Below, piece by piece: positions 27,958 to 36,324 of a DNA stretch of 64,000 bases (the stretch's first letter is position 1; each line of letters starts with the position of its first letter). The translations under genes and the position numbers were made by a program. Location of the stretch: IMG/VR virus record IMGVR_UViG_3300021961_000087; one strand, given 5' to 3'. Below the pieces are notes generated by a model. It was not told the DNA's origin and did no database searches. It worked only from the letters and a program-made list of their open reading frames with translations. The DNA is from an uncultured virus (IMG/VR IMGVR_UViG_3300021961_000087) (Duplodnaviria > Heunggongvirae > Uroviricota > Caudoviricetes > Crassvirales).

Positions 27958-28389
27958 ATGAAACAAGGACAAAAAGTAATTTACAAGGGCGAGATGCGAA
28001 TAATTTATGACGTGTACCCCGACAACATGGTAAGCCTTTGCCTAATGGACGAGGACGGAGAGCATTACGATGACGTGGAAGAAGATTTTCAGGTATCAAT
28101 TAATGACCTGATGACGTTTGAGAAAAAGGAATTTGACTTTGTACTAGACACAAAACTCTCAATTTGGAGCAGGCAAAAATTTACTATCGAGGCGGCAAAT
28201 CTCGATGCGGCAAAAGAGATTGCAAGGAAAATGGTTGAGGACGGCGAGGAGATAGACCCATACGCCGTTGACTTTATCTATGAAACCGAGGACGAAATGA
28301 CCCCCGAGCAGAACGGCGGACACGCTACCGTGGTGCTGATGTACAAGGAGAAAAACAATTCAATAATCTACAAAAACGCTGAGAGATGA
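27958..28389 (+). CDS. Early hypothetical acidic protein
   Basis: 143-aa ORF, probably two small domains. Confidence 0.65.
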   Translation: MKQGQKVIYKGEMRIIYDVYPDNMVSLCLMDEDGEHYDDVEEDFQVSINDLMTFEKKEFDFVLDTKLSIWSRQKFTIEAANLDAAKEIARKMVEDGEEIDPYAVDFIYETEDEMTPEQNGGHATVVLMYKEKNNSIIYKNAER

Positions 28390-28715
28390 AATACCGAGTA
28401 GTAAAAAACCAAAAGGAAAAGACTTTGGACATATTCACCGAGGACGGTGGATTTGTGGAAATATACCACAACGGCGACCAATTTATAAGCACGATGCACT
28501 CTATTAGGTTGACCGAGGTGGACAAGAGCGACTATCCAAACCTATGGGCAAAGTTATCCGAGGGGAATAACTGCGTGAAGGAATGGGGCGAAAATGACAC
28601 CGAGGACGAAATGATTGCGCACGCTCTTTATTGGTTGGTTATGCCAACGCCTGACAAATGGGAACACGACAATAAATTATTTGACAACATTTTAAAAAAA
28701 GCCTACAAGTTATGA
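28386..28715 (+). CDS. Early hypothetical protein
   Basis: 109 aa, ATGA overlap. Confidence 0.65.
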   Translation: MKYRVVKNQKEKTLDIFTEDGGFVEIYHNGDQFISTMHSIRLTEVDKSDYPNLWAKLSEGNNCVKEWGENDTEDEMIAHALYWLVMPTPDKWEHDNKLFDNILKKAYKL

Positions 28716-28906
28716 CACAAGAATTAAACACAGTACAAGGACGCAACGAGATTTTACAACCAATTTTGGACAGGTTGTTATACCTACCTGACGACCAAAA
28801 GGCACAGTTCGTTAGCTACCTAGACACGTTAAATAGTATGTATCAAATTGACGTAAAAATCATTGACGGAATCCGAATCTATGACCTTAAAAAATTTAAA
28901 AAATGA
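28712..28906 (+). CDS. Early hypothetical protein
   Basis: 64 aa, ATGA overlap. Confidence 0.6.
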   Translation: MTQELNTVQGRNEILQPILDRLLYLPDDQKAQFVSYLDTLNSMYQIDVKIIDGIRIYDLKKFKK

Positions 28907-29094
28907 GAGCATTAAATATCACAATCGAAGACCAAAAAATAGACATTGATGACGTTATCAGCGCACTAGATGACGAGGGGTATATCGTTCTAAGGGTTGA
29001 CACTATGGAGCAGAAGGATAAAATCAGCAAGTTCCTAGAGGAGTTATACCCGCACTATAATTCAAGACCTGAATTTATTACGTTAAATTTTTAA
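28903..29094 (+). CDS. Early hypothetical protein
   Basis: 63 aa, ATGA overlap. Confidence 0.6.
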   Translation: MRALNITIEDQKIDIDDVISALDDEGYIVLRVDTMEQKDKISKFLEELYPHYNSRPEFITLNF

Positions 29095-29152
29095 AAAATA
29101 TTTTGATATGTTTAAATTTAGTCGTAATATCGTTCAATAATTAATCAAATCT

Positions 29153-29305
29153 ATGTCAATGAATTATTTTATCTTAGCTATGAGTTGTTTTATGAGCGCA
29201 ATGGTGGGTTGCTTTTTAGGTGCCTACATCACTTATAAATCAATGAAAGTAATCGTTAGGCGCAAGGTCGCTAGTATTTTAAAACAGCAAAATCAAGACA
29301 AATGA
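29153..29305 (+). CDS. Small membrane protein (50 aa)
   Basis: Manually translated MSMNYFILAMSCFMSAMVGCFLGAYITYK...; ATGA overlap with the next ORF. Confidence 0.5.
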   Translation: MSMNYFILAMSCFMSAMVGCFLGAYITYKSMKVIVRRKVASILKQQNQDK

Positions 29306-29529
29306 ACATCTTTAAAATTAGAACATCAGCGTGGGACGAGGAGTGTTTTATACTCGCAACGCAATTAAGTGAGAAGCAAGTCCGCTCAGTTATTCAACCA
29401 ATGGTTGACGAGGAAAGAGAAGGCGACTTTATATTTAGCAATGACGACTATGTTCAAGTGCTTAGAGATGCCTATCCTAAATCAGTAATACTAACCGATA
29501 ATGGCGACACACAAGAAATCGTTTTTTAA
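29302..29529 (+). CDS. Hypothetical protein
   Basis: 75-aa ORF. Confidence 0.65.
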   Translation: MNIFKIRTSAWDEECFILATQLSEKQVRSVIQPMVDEEREGDFIFSNDDYVQVLRDAYPKSVILTDNGDTQEIVF

Positions 29530-29671
29530 CGTAGCAAAAGCTATTGCTTATTTGTTATTTCACTTAGTGTGGTTCTTTGTTGTATCCATACCACTAGCAT
29601 TCGCATTACTATTAACCGTTGAAATCTTATCATTAATCAAATCAATATGTCAAAAAATCACTACGAGATGA
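29501..29671 (+). CDS. Small membrane protein (56 aa)
   Basis: Manually translated; long hydrophobic stretch; fills the gap. Confidence 0.45.
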   Translation: MATHKKSFFNVAKAIAYLLFHLVWFFVVSIPLAFALLLTVEILSLIKSICQKITTR

Positions 29672-29961
29672 GCGCAGTTGCCTCCGCCAATCTTGAAATC
29701 GACTACCTACGAGGTCAGTTAATTGAGGCAAAAAACAAACTAAAAGATGTCCTTGAAGCAAGGGCATTACTCAAAAAGAAAGGGTACTTTACCGACAATC
29801 TTTGGACGACAGATGACGTTACAGAGAACTACAATTGCACACAGGAACAGGCGCAGCAGGTTCTTGAGATGGCATTAACAAACACAGCAACCATTGAGCA
29901 GATATGGTACGCCATTGACGATGCTTGCGACACATTAGAAATCAGAAAAATAAACGAATAA
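29647..29961 (+). CDS. Hypothetical protein
   Basis: 104-aa ORF. Confidence 0.65.
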   Translation: MSKNHYEMSAVASANLEIDYLRGQLIEAKNKLKDVLEARALLKKKGYFTDNLWTTDDVTENYNCTQEQAQQVLEMALTNTATIEQIWYAIDDACDTLEIRKINE

Positions 29962-29965
29962 ACAT

Positions 29966-30361
29966 ATGGAAATCACAATCAATCAAACAATCAGCAGAGA
30001 AATCTTAGAAGACATTTTTGTAACGGCGCTAGAGGGCGGCAGTAACTATTGGTATTACTTGCACCCTGACGCAGTAAAATCAATCCGAAAGGCAGTTCCT
30101 AAGGAGGAAGACCCGTATCTTAGTACGGCAATCCTGAAAGCAGTCTTAGACCACGATGTGAAGGTATTTTTAAATGATGCCGATGACGAAGACGAGATAG
30201 TTGGAGTTATTACACGTGGAACAATGCAATCACGCTTACAGTTGCTTGCAGAGAGCAATTGCAAATGGGCGTTGGAGGCACACTTGAAAGAGGAGGGCGA
30301 TGCCGACTCGGCAGATATTGTGTTCCAATACTTAGCAATGGGCGAAGTAATCTACGGATAA
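29966..30361 (+). CDS. Hypothetical protein
   Basis: 131 aa; 'TALEGGSNYW...DADSADIVFQ...GEVIYG'. Confidence 0.7.
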   Translation: MEITINQTISREILEDIFVTALEGGSNYWYYLHPDAVKSIRKAVPKEEDPYLSTAILKAVLDHDVKVFLNDADDEDEIVGVITRGTMQSRLQLLAESNCKWALEAHLKEEGDADSADIVFQYLAMGEVIYG

Positions 30362-30377
30362 TTTAAAACCAAATAAA

Positions 30378-30698
30378 ATGGACAATAATCAAGAAAAGAA
30401 AGACAAGGTTGTCGAAAATGTAATCTCAAAGTTCAGTAGTCGCTCCGATGTGGGTGTAAAAAAATATGGCACTACACTCGAGGACAATGAACTTACGCTC
30501 ATTCAGTGGCTCAACCATTTGCAAGAGGAATTAATGGACGCCACGCTCTACGTTCAGAAACTGAAGGAGGAACTAGAGCAGAACCCAAAGTTTCCGGAAG
30601 GACACGTAATCACAAAGGAGTCTTGGTACAGTGCAGATAAGATAATTAATGACGGATTCGTGTATGTAAAGTACTCAGACCTTGTCTTTTATAAGTAA
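30378..30698 (+). CDS. All-alpha NTP pyrophosphohydrolase (MazG-like) protein
   Basis: 'G.KKYGTTL...HLQEELMDATLY' EExxD motif. Confidence 0.55.
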   Translation: MDNNQEKKDKVVENVISKFSSRSDVGVKKYGTTLEDNELTLIQWLNHLQEELMDATLYVQKLKEELEQNPKFPEGHVITKESWYSADKIINDGFVYVKYSDLVFYK

Positions 30699-30757
30699 AT
30701 TGTACTGTTTAAGTGAAAATATTATCAAATAAATGAACTATGTTTGAACATTTTCAT

Positions 30758-30765
30758 TATATTTG
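30758..30765 (+). promoter_or_regulatory. -7 promoter box (TATATTTG) for recombination/replication genes
   Basis: TAnnTTTG in an intergenic gap. Confidence 0.55.
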
Positions 30766-30786
30766 TAATCAAATCAAATTGAAGTT

Positions 30787-31089
30787 ATGAAGCACGATGT
30801 ATTTAATCAGTATGTAGAAAGGGTCGCCGACTTGTTTGGCGTATCAAAGGAGGATATATTCTCAAAATCAAAGAAAAGAGAGTTCGTAGATGCAAGGCAC
30901 TTGGTTTATTACCTATGCGCTAAGAGACCTATGCAAATCACATACATTCAAAAGTATATGAACGAGGCAGGCTACGACATCAAGCACTCATCAATCATTC
31001 ACGGAATCTCTGAAGTCGAGAAGAAGATAGCAGAGGACAAGGACTATGTGTCTATCGTGAAAGATGTGGAGCGTGCAGTTTTTATCTAA
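30787..31089 (+). CDS. DnaA C-terminal (domain IV)-like HTH protein
   Basis: 'VADLFGVSKEDIFSKSKKREFVDARHLVYYL...HSSIIHG'. Confidence 0.8.
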   Translation: MKHDVFNQYVERVADLFGVSKEDIFSKSKKREFVDARHLVYYLCAKRPMQITYIQKYMNEAGYDIKHSSIIHGISEVEKKIAEDKDYVSIVKDVERAVFI

Positions 31090-31156
31090 TCAATCATTCG
31101 CAGACTTTAGTCTGCCAAAAATTCAAATCAATCAGTAATCAATCAAATCAAATCAA

Positions 31157-31804
31157 ATGGAAAACAAAAAAACAGTTTTCGAGAGGCTATCAGCCATCAA
31201 TGTCAACGACCACGTTGAAAAGAAAGACAATCTAACTTATTTATCTTGGGCTTGGGCTTGGTCAAAGACAAAGACTGAGTGTCCTGACGCCACCTACAAA
31301 ATTTTAGAGACAGAGTATGACGATGCTCTTGGATTTATGTGCCACACTACCGTAACTATCGAAGGCGAAACGCTTGAGATGTGGTTACCTGTAATGGACG
31401 GAAAGAACAAATCAATGAAGAAGACTGCGTATAGTTATAGCACACGCTATGGCGACAAGCAGGTAGAGGCAGCGACCACGTTTGACATCAACAAGACCAT
31501 TATGCGTTGCTTGGTTAAGAACTTAGCGATGTTTGGATTAGGGATTTATATCTATGCAGGAGAGGATTTACCTGAAGGCGAAACAAACGTTAAGCCGGCA
31601 GCCCCATCGCAGCCAATTAAAGAGGCGAAATCAGATGATTTAATTGACCTAAAGAAAGGTACAGCGAATTGGGATGCCGTAGTTAAATACGTTACGACCA
31701 ACAAGGCTATGGGTATCGAGAAGATTGGTGCTCAACTTACACGTAAGTACAAAATCAGCCCTGCATTAAAGAAAGAAATCGCTAACCTATTAACCGCAGA
31801 ATAA
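31157..31804 (+). CDS. Single-strand annealing protein (DUF1071/Sak3-like)
   Basis: 'LTYLSWAWAW', 'WLPVMD', 'MRCLVKNLAMFGLGIYIYAGEDLP'. Confidence 0.85.
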   Translation: MENKKTVFERLSAINVNDHVEKKDNLTYLSWAWAWSKTKTECPDATYKILETEYDDALGFMCHTTVTIEGETLEMWLPVMDGKNKSMKKTAYSYSTRYGDKQVEAATTFDINKTIMRCLVKNLAMFGLGIYIYAGEDLPEGETNVKPAAPSQPIKEAKSDDLIDLKKGTANWDAVVKYVTTNKAMGIEKIGAQLTRKYKISPALKKEIANLLTAE

Positions 31805-32538
31805 TGGAGGATATATTAATCAAGCTACGTGATGACCACGAGTACTACAATGGTATAGGTAAGAAGTATCTATCCAATTCAGATATTGGTGTGTTACTTA
31901 ATAACCCTCAGGACTTTGGTAAGACACGTGAGGACAACAAAGCGTTTATGGACGGCAGATACTTTCACCAATTAATCTTGGAGCCTGAGAAGGCTAAGAT
32001 GATGCCGGCAGTAGATGTAAGTACACGTAATACCAAAGAGTACAAAGCATTCTGCGAAGACAACAACCTACCATTCTGTATGCTCAAGAAGGAGCAGGAC
32101 GAGATTCAAAACCTTGTGAGTATTATCAATGGGAACATTGCATTCTACGATGAGATTTACAAGGCAGGTAATGTGTACGAGACGCCTGCAATAGCAGAGA
32201 TTCAAGGTATGATGTGGAAAGGGAAGGCTGACATTGTTACGGACAATGCTGTGATTGACTTAAAAACCACAAGTGACATTCATAAGTTCAAGTACAGCGC
32301 TAAGTCGTATAACTACGATAGTCAGTGCTACATTTATCAAGAGTTATTTGGTAAGCCATTAGTATTCTATGTAATTGACAAAGGCACAGGAGTACTTGGT
32401 ATCTTTAGACCAACAGAAGACTTTGTAAAAGGTGGCGAAATAAAAGTAGGCAAAGCAATTGAAGTGTACAATAAGTACTTTAGTTCTACGCCATCAGATG
32501 ATATTGTCAACTATTACATTGACGAGTATCTGTTATAA
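31804..32538 (+). CDS. PD-(D/E)XK exonuclease (RecE/DUF3799-like)
   Basis: 'LSNS', 'G..FH..ILEP', 'KGKAD', 'IDLKTT', 'Y..Q..IY'. Confidence 0.8.
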   Translation: MEDILIKLRDDHEYYNGIGKKYLSNSDIGVLLNNPQDFGKTREDNKAFMDGRYFHQLILEPEKAKMMPAVDVSTRNTKEYKAFCEDNNLPFCMLKKEQDEIQNLVSIINGNIAFYDEIYKAGNVYETPAIAEIQGMMWKGKADIVTDNAVIDLKTTSDIHKFKYSAKSYNYDSQCYIYQELFGKPLVFYVIDKGTGVLGIFRPTEDFVKGGEIKVGKAIEVYNKYFSSTPSDDIVNYYIDEYLL

Positions 32539-32561
32539 TATTTTTGCTCCCCCCGAAGCAA

Positions 32562-32577
32562 GTGTCTTCAAAGACAC
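32562..32577. repeat. 16-bp near-palindrome, copy 3 (inverted, intergenic)
   Basis: GTGTCTTCAAAGACAC, the exact reverse complement. Confidence 0.9.
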
Positions 32578-32582
32578 AAGGC

Positions 32583-32674
32583 AGTCAGATAGCTTAATGG
32601 TCATAATTGAATTGACCCTTGAGGAATTAGAGCACTCGTAAGAGATGGTGTGGGTTCGACTCCCACTCTGACTA
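32583..32674 (+). ncRNA. tRNA-like RNA lacking a canonical anticodon arm, with a hairpin inserted in the D-loop
   Basis: Acceptor AGTCAGA/TCTGACT, TA linker, D-stem GCTT/GAGC, T-arm GTGGG-TTCGACT-CCCAC; anticodon arm reduced to CTC-GTAA-GAG. Confidence 0.7.
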
Positions 32675-32750
32675 CAACTAATCATTGGCTTAGCCTCAGA
32701 GGTTAATGGTTGGTACAAATAGACTGAGGCAACAAATAAATTCAAGAACA

Positions 32751-33062
32751 ATGGCACAAGACGAAAAAATCTTTGCAGACGGATTCTCATTCAAGAGAAA
32801 CGAAAAAGCCCCTGACTTTGTAGTAGGGAGATTATCAATGAAAGTAGATGAGGCAGTAGCCTTCATCAGACAACACGAGAAAGGTGGTTGGGTAAACCTT
32901 AACATCAAGACTGCACGAAGTGGCAATCATTATGTTGAGTTAGATACCTACGAGCCGGCAGCTCAAAGTGGTATGAAACCACAATCAGAGAAAGCTGCTG
33001 CTCCTAAGCAAAAGGCACCTGAACCTGAGGTTGAAGAAGATGGCGATGAACTTCCATTTTAG
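32751..33062 (+). CDS. Single-stranded DNA-binding protein-like
   Basis: 'KAPDF' and acidic tail 'EEDGDELPF'; follows the SSAP/exonuclease pair. Confidence 0.7.
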   Translation: MAQDEKIFADGFSFKRNEKAPDFVVGRLSMKVDEAVAFIRQHEKGGWVNLNIKTARSGNHYVELDTYEPAAQSGMKPQSEKAAAPKQKAPEPEVEEDGDELPF

Positions 33063-33090
33063 AATTGACACCCATTAGAGAACAAAAATT

Positions 33091-33117
33091 GGGGGAGTGT
33101 AAACTTCCCCTTTTTTT
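33091..33117 (+). terminator. Intrinsic terminator
   Basis: GGGGGAG-TGTAAA-CTTCCCC followed by T7. Confidence 0.75.
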
Positions 33118-33129
33118 ACCTCCTATGCG

Positions 33130-33289
33130 TGACGAAAATGTCAATGTGTTTTCCCTATATTCTTATATGTGTATTTCTATTCTTCTTCTTTTTTTTAAAT
33201 TATAATTTGAAGAAAAAATTGACATAATCGACATTAGTTCTAATAATCAGATAGTTAACTACTTAAAACCGACATAAAAACGACATAAT
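33130..33289. repeat. Origin-like locus 2, homologous to 24310-24481
   Basis: ATGTCA at 33138, pyrimidine/AT tract, YGACAT at 33220, 33229, 33270, 33281; directly upstream of the primase-helicase. Confidence 0.6.
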
Positions 33290-35713
33290 ATGGCACATAA
33301 TGTGACGATATTCCAAAATATTAGGGACACAGACACTCCGTTCTTCCGAGATGTACACGTTATACTCGATAGAATCAAGGACGGAGCCGGTGCTACTAAG
33401 GATTTGGTTAAGAGAATACGCTTAGAGAAGCGTAAACCTGAGAGACAGGAGTTAAAGAAGCAGTTGCCTGCGATATGTTTCAGTGGAACGTTCAACAAGA
33501 GAACTGATGCCTCACTAATTGAGCATAGTGGTCTTATCTGTTTGGACTTCGATGGGTATGACAAGCAAAAAGAGTTACTGCAAGACAAAGAGAGTTTATC
33601 AAAGAACAAGTATGTGTTCTCAGTATTCATCAGCCCTTCGGGAAATGGGTTAAAAGTATTGGTTAAGATACCGGCTGATGCAGAGAACCATACAATGTAC
33701 TTCAATTCGTTAGAGAAGTACTTTAATTCGCCTTATTTCGACAAGACGAGCAAGAACCTCAGTCGAGTTTGTTACGAGTCTTATGACCCTCTAATTGCGA
33801 TTAATGAGAATAGTAGTATTTGGGATACGATTGAGGAGCCTGAGTACACTGAGGTGAGTAAGACAAGAGACAAGGCTACGATACCTATCACGGATGAGAA
33901 TAAGATTGTGGAGATACTTGTGAAGTGGTGGGAGAAGAAATATCCTATGAGCGAGGGTCAGCGTAATCAGAACGCATACGTCCTTGCTATGGCGTTCAAT
34001 GACTTTGGTATCAACAAGAGCCTTGCTTCTTATGTACTAAACCAATTCGCAACAGATGACTTCTCGATTAGGGAGATTGGAACAACCATTGACTCTGCGT
34101 ACAGGCATACTGCCAACTTTGGTACTAAGTACTACGAGGATGAGGAGCGTATCAATACCATCAAAGCAAAGCTAAGACGTGGTGTATCAAAAAAAGAGAT
34201 TCGCATCCAACTGCAGGATTCCAATTTGGACAGCGAGACTATCGACTCGGTGCTTAACAAGGTTGAGGAAGAGAATGCAATGCAAACCTTTTGGGACAGA
34301 AACGATAGAGGAGTAATTAAAGTAGTACACGTTCAGTTCAAACAGTTCTTGGAAGACAATGGGTTCTACAAGTACTGCCCTGAGGGTGGCAAAAACTACA
34401 TCTTTGTAAAGGTGACCAACAACTTGATTGACCACACGTCTGAGAAAGAGATAAAAGACTTCGTGCTTACGCACCTATTGGAGTTAGATGACATCGGGGT
34501 GTACAATTACTTTGCTGACAACACAAGGTTCTTCAAGGAAGAGTTTTTATCACTACTGTCAACGATTGAGATTTACTTCATTGCAGATAATAAAGACGCA
34601 TCATATTTGTACTACAAGAACTGTGCGATTAAGATAACAAAGGAAGGTGTGACTACGCTTGACTACTTGGACTTGGGAGGGTACGTGTGGAAAGACCACG
34701 TGATAGACAGGAACTTTAATCTGTGTAGCGTGACGGATAAGTGTGACTTCAAAAAGTTCGTGAGCAATATCAATGGTGGAGATATTCACCGTGTTAAAGC
34801 AATGGAGAGTACGATTGGATTCCTCTTACACGGATATAAGAACTTATCATTCTGCCCGGCAGTAATCCTGAACGATGAGGTTATCAGTGACAATCCGGAG
34901 GGAGGAACAGGTAAGGGACTTTTAATGAGTGCACTTAGTAAGATGAAGAAACTTGTTGTGATTGATGGTAAGTCATTTGCTTTCGAGCGCAGCTTCGCTT
35001 ATCAGTTGGTGTCAGCAGACACGCAGATACTTTGCTTTGATGACGTGAGAAAGCATTTTGACTTCGAGAGATTGTTTTCGGTAGTCACCGAGGGATTAAC
35101 CCTCGAGAAGAAAAACAAGGACGCTATCAAGATACCATTCAGCAGGTCTCCGAAGATTGCTATTACTACGAACTACGCAATAAAGGGAGCCGGCAATTCG
35201 TTTGCAAGACGTAAGTGGGAATTGGAACTTCATCAGTATTATACCAAAGAGTTCACCCCTCTTGATGAGTTTGGTAAGTTGATGTTCGGGGATTGGAACG
35301 ATGACGATTGGTGTGAGTTTGACAATTATATGATTAGCTGTTTGACTAACTACTTGAGAACAGGACTTGTGAAGAGTAAGTTTGTGAACCTCAAGATTCG
35401 TCAGCTATCAGCAGAGACTTGCCACGAGTTTATTGAGTGGTGTGGGCTTGTTGATACGCATCACAACAGAGAGGTGATGTTGCAACCTGACACGAGACTT
35501 TACAAGAACGAGTTGTATTCTAACTTTGTGGATGAGTATCCTGACTATGGACCGAGAGGTAGGATGAGCGTGAGTCGAACCAAGTTCTACAAATGGCTTA
35601 TCGCTTACGGTATTTACAAGGAAGGAGTAATGCCACAGGAGGATAGAGACCAACAAGGCAGATGGATAATCATTAAAAGCAAACCTGAGGGGCTTGAAGA
35701 AGCACCTTTCTAA
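33290..35713 (+). CDS. Primase-helicase (BT4734/VirE-N-like primase + PriCT + P-loop helicase)
   Basis: 'KKQLPAICFSG', 'CLDFD', 'SPSGNGLK', 'EGQRN', Walker A 'GGTGKG', Walker B 'LCFDD'. Confidence 0.85.
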   Translation: MAHNVTIFQNIRDTDTPFFRDVHVILDRIKDGAGATKDLVKRIRLEKRKPERQELKKQLPAICFSGTFNKRTDASLIEHSGLICLDFDGYDKQKELLQDKESLSKNKYVFSVFISPSGNGLKVLVKIPADAENHTMYFNSLEKYFNSPYFDKTSKNLSRVCYESYDPLIAINENSSIWDTIEEPEYTEVSKTRDKATIPITDENKIVEILVKWWEKKYPMSEGQRNQNAYVLAMAFNDFGINKSLASYVLNQFATDDFSIREIGTTIDSAYRHTANFGTKYYEDEERINTIKAKLRRGVSKKEIRIQLQDSNLDSETIDSVLNKVEEENAMQTFWDRNDRGVIKVVHVQFKQFLEDNGFYKYCPEGGKNYIFVKVTNNLIDHTSEKEIKDFVLTHLLELDDIGVYNYFADNTRFFKEEFLSLLSTIEIYFIADNKDASYLYYKNCAIKITKEGVTTLDYLDLGGYVWKDHVIDRNFNLCSVTDKCDFKKFVSNINGGDIHRVKAMESTIGFLLHGYKNLSFCPAVILNDEVISDNPEGGTGKGLLMSALSKMKKLVVIDGKSFAFERSFAYQLVSADTQILCFDDVRKHFDFERLFSVVTEGLTLEKKNKDAIKIPFSRSPKIAITTNYAIKGAGNSFARRKWELELHQYYTKEFTPLDEFGKLMFGDWNDDDWCEFDNYMISCLTNYLRTGLVKSKFVNLKIRQLSAETCHEFIEWCGLVDTHHNREVMLQPDTRLYKNELYSNFVDEYPDYGPRGRMSVSRTKFYKWLIAYGIYKEGVMPQEDRDQQGRWIIIKSKPEGLEEAPF

Positions 35714-35725
35714 AATCAAATAAGT

Positions 35726-35992
35726 ATGAAACTATATACAGAAGAACAAGTAAAGGAAGCAATGTTTTTATATAAAGCACCAATAAGACCATTAGTGCAA
35801 CAAGTATTGGAACAATTAACCCCAATAGAACTACCAAGTGATGAGGAGATAGGAAAGGAAGATATTATAAACCTTTGGAATTGGTTAAATGATGGATATG
35901 TTATAAGAAGAAGTTTACCAACCATAGAAGAATTAATTGGATGGTTTGAGGCTAAATGGATGAAAGAACAAATACTTAACCAAAAGATATGA
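35726..35992 (+). CDS. Hypothetical protein
   Basis: 88 aa, 'IELPSDEEI'. Confidence 0.6.
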   Translation: MKLYTEEQVKEAMFLYKAPIRPLVQQVLEQLTPIELPSDEEIGKEDIINLWNWLNDGYVIRRSLPTIEELIGWFEAKWMKEQILNQKI

Positions 35993-36324
35993 CACAAGAA
36001 CAAATGATTCACGTGGGAATGATTAATTCATTTAACCTAATTACAGAACGCAACACTCTTGAGGAGATTGCAAAGTCGGACGTGAGTTTATTTGCTCACA
36101 TCCCTGACGAGGAGATACCACTTGAACTGATTCAGTTAATGATGGACTACTTTCAGTCGTATGATATGTTTGAGAACTGCGTAGACCTAATGGAGTACAT
36201 TGCTTTGAACTACAATGATGATGGCACACGTATCAGTAATGATTGCGAATGTCCTCAGCCTGTTATAGCAGAGTATAAAAGAAAAATGTATTGTGGTCAC
36301 TGCGAAAAAAGAATAAGAAAATGA
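35989..36324 (+). CDS. Hypothetical protein with C-terminal Zn-ribbon-like CxC..CxxC
   Basis: 'CECP...YCGHCE'. Confidence 0.65.
   Translation: MTQEQMIHVGMINSFNLITERNTLEEIAKSDVSLFAHIPDEEIPLELIQLMMDYFQSYDMFENCVDLMEYIALNYNDDGTRISNDCECPQPVIAEYKRKMYCGHCEKRIRK

Noticed and set aside
31100..31115. Hairpin GCAGAC-TTTA-GTCTGC
   Set aside because: Short single stem with no U tract on the coding strand; cannot assign a function
32583..32674. Canonical tRNA (e.g. Tyr, from GTA) or tmRNA
   Set aside because: There is no 5-bp stem/7-nt anticodon loop and no tag ORF; reported as a tRNA-like RNA instead
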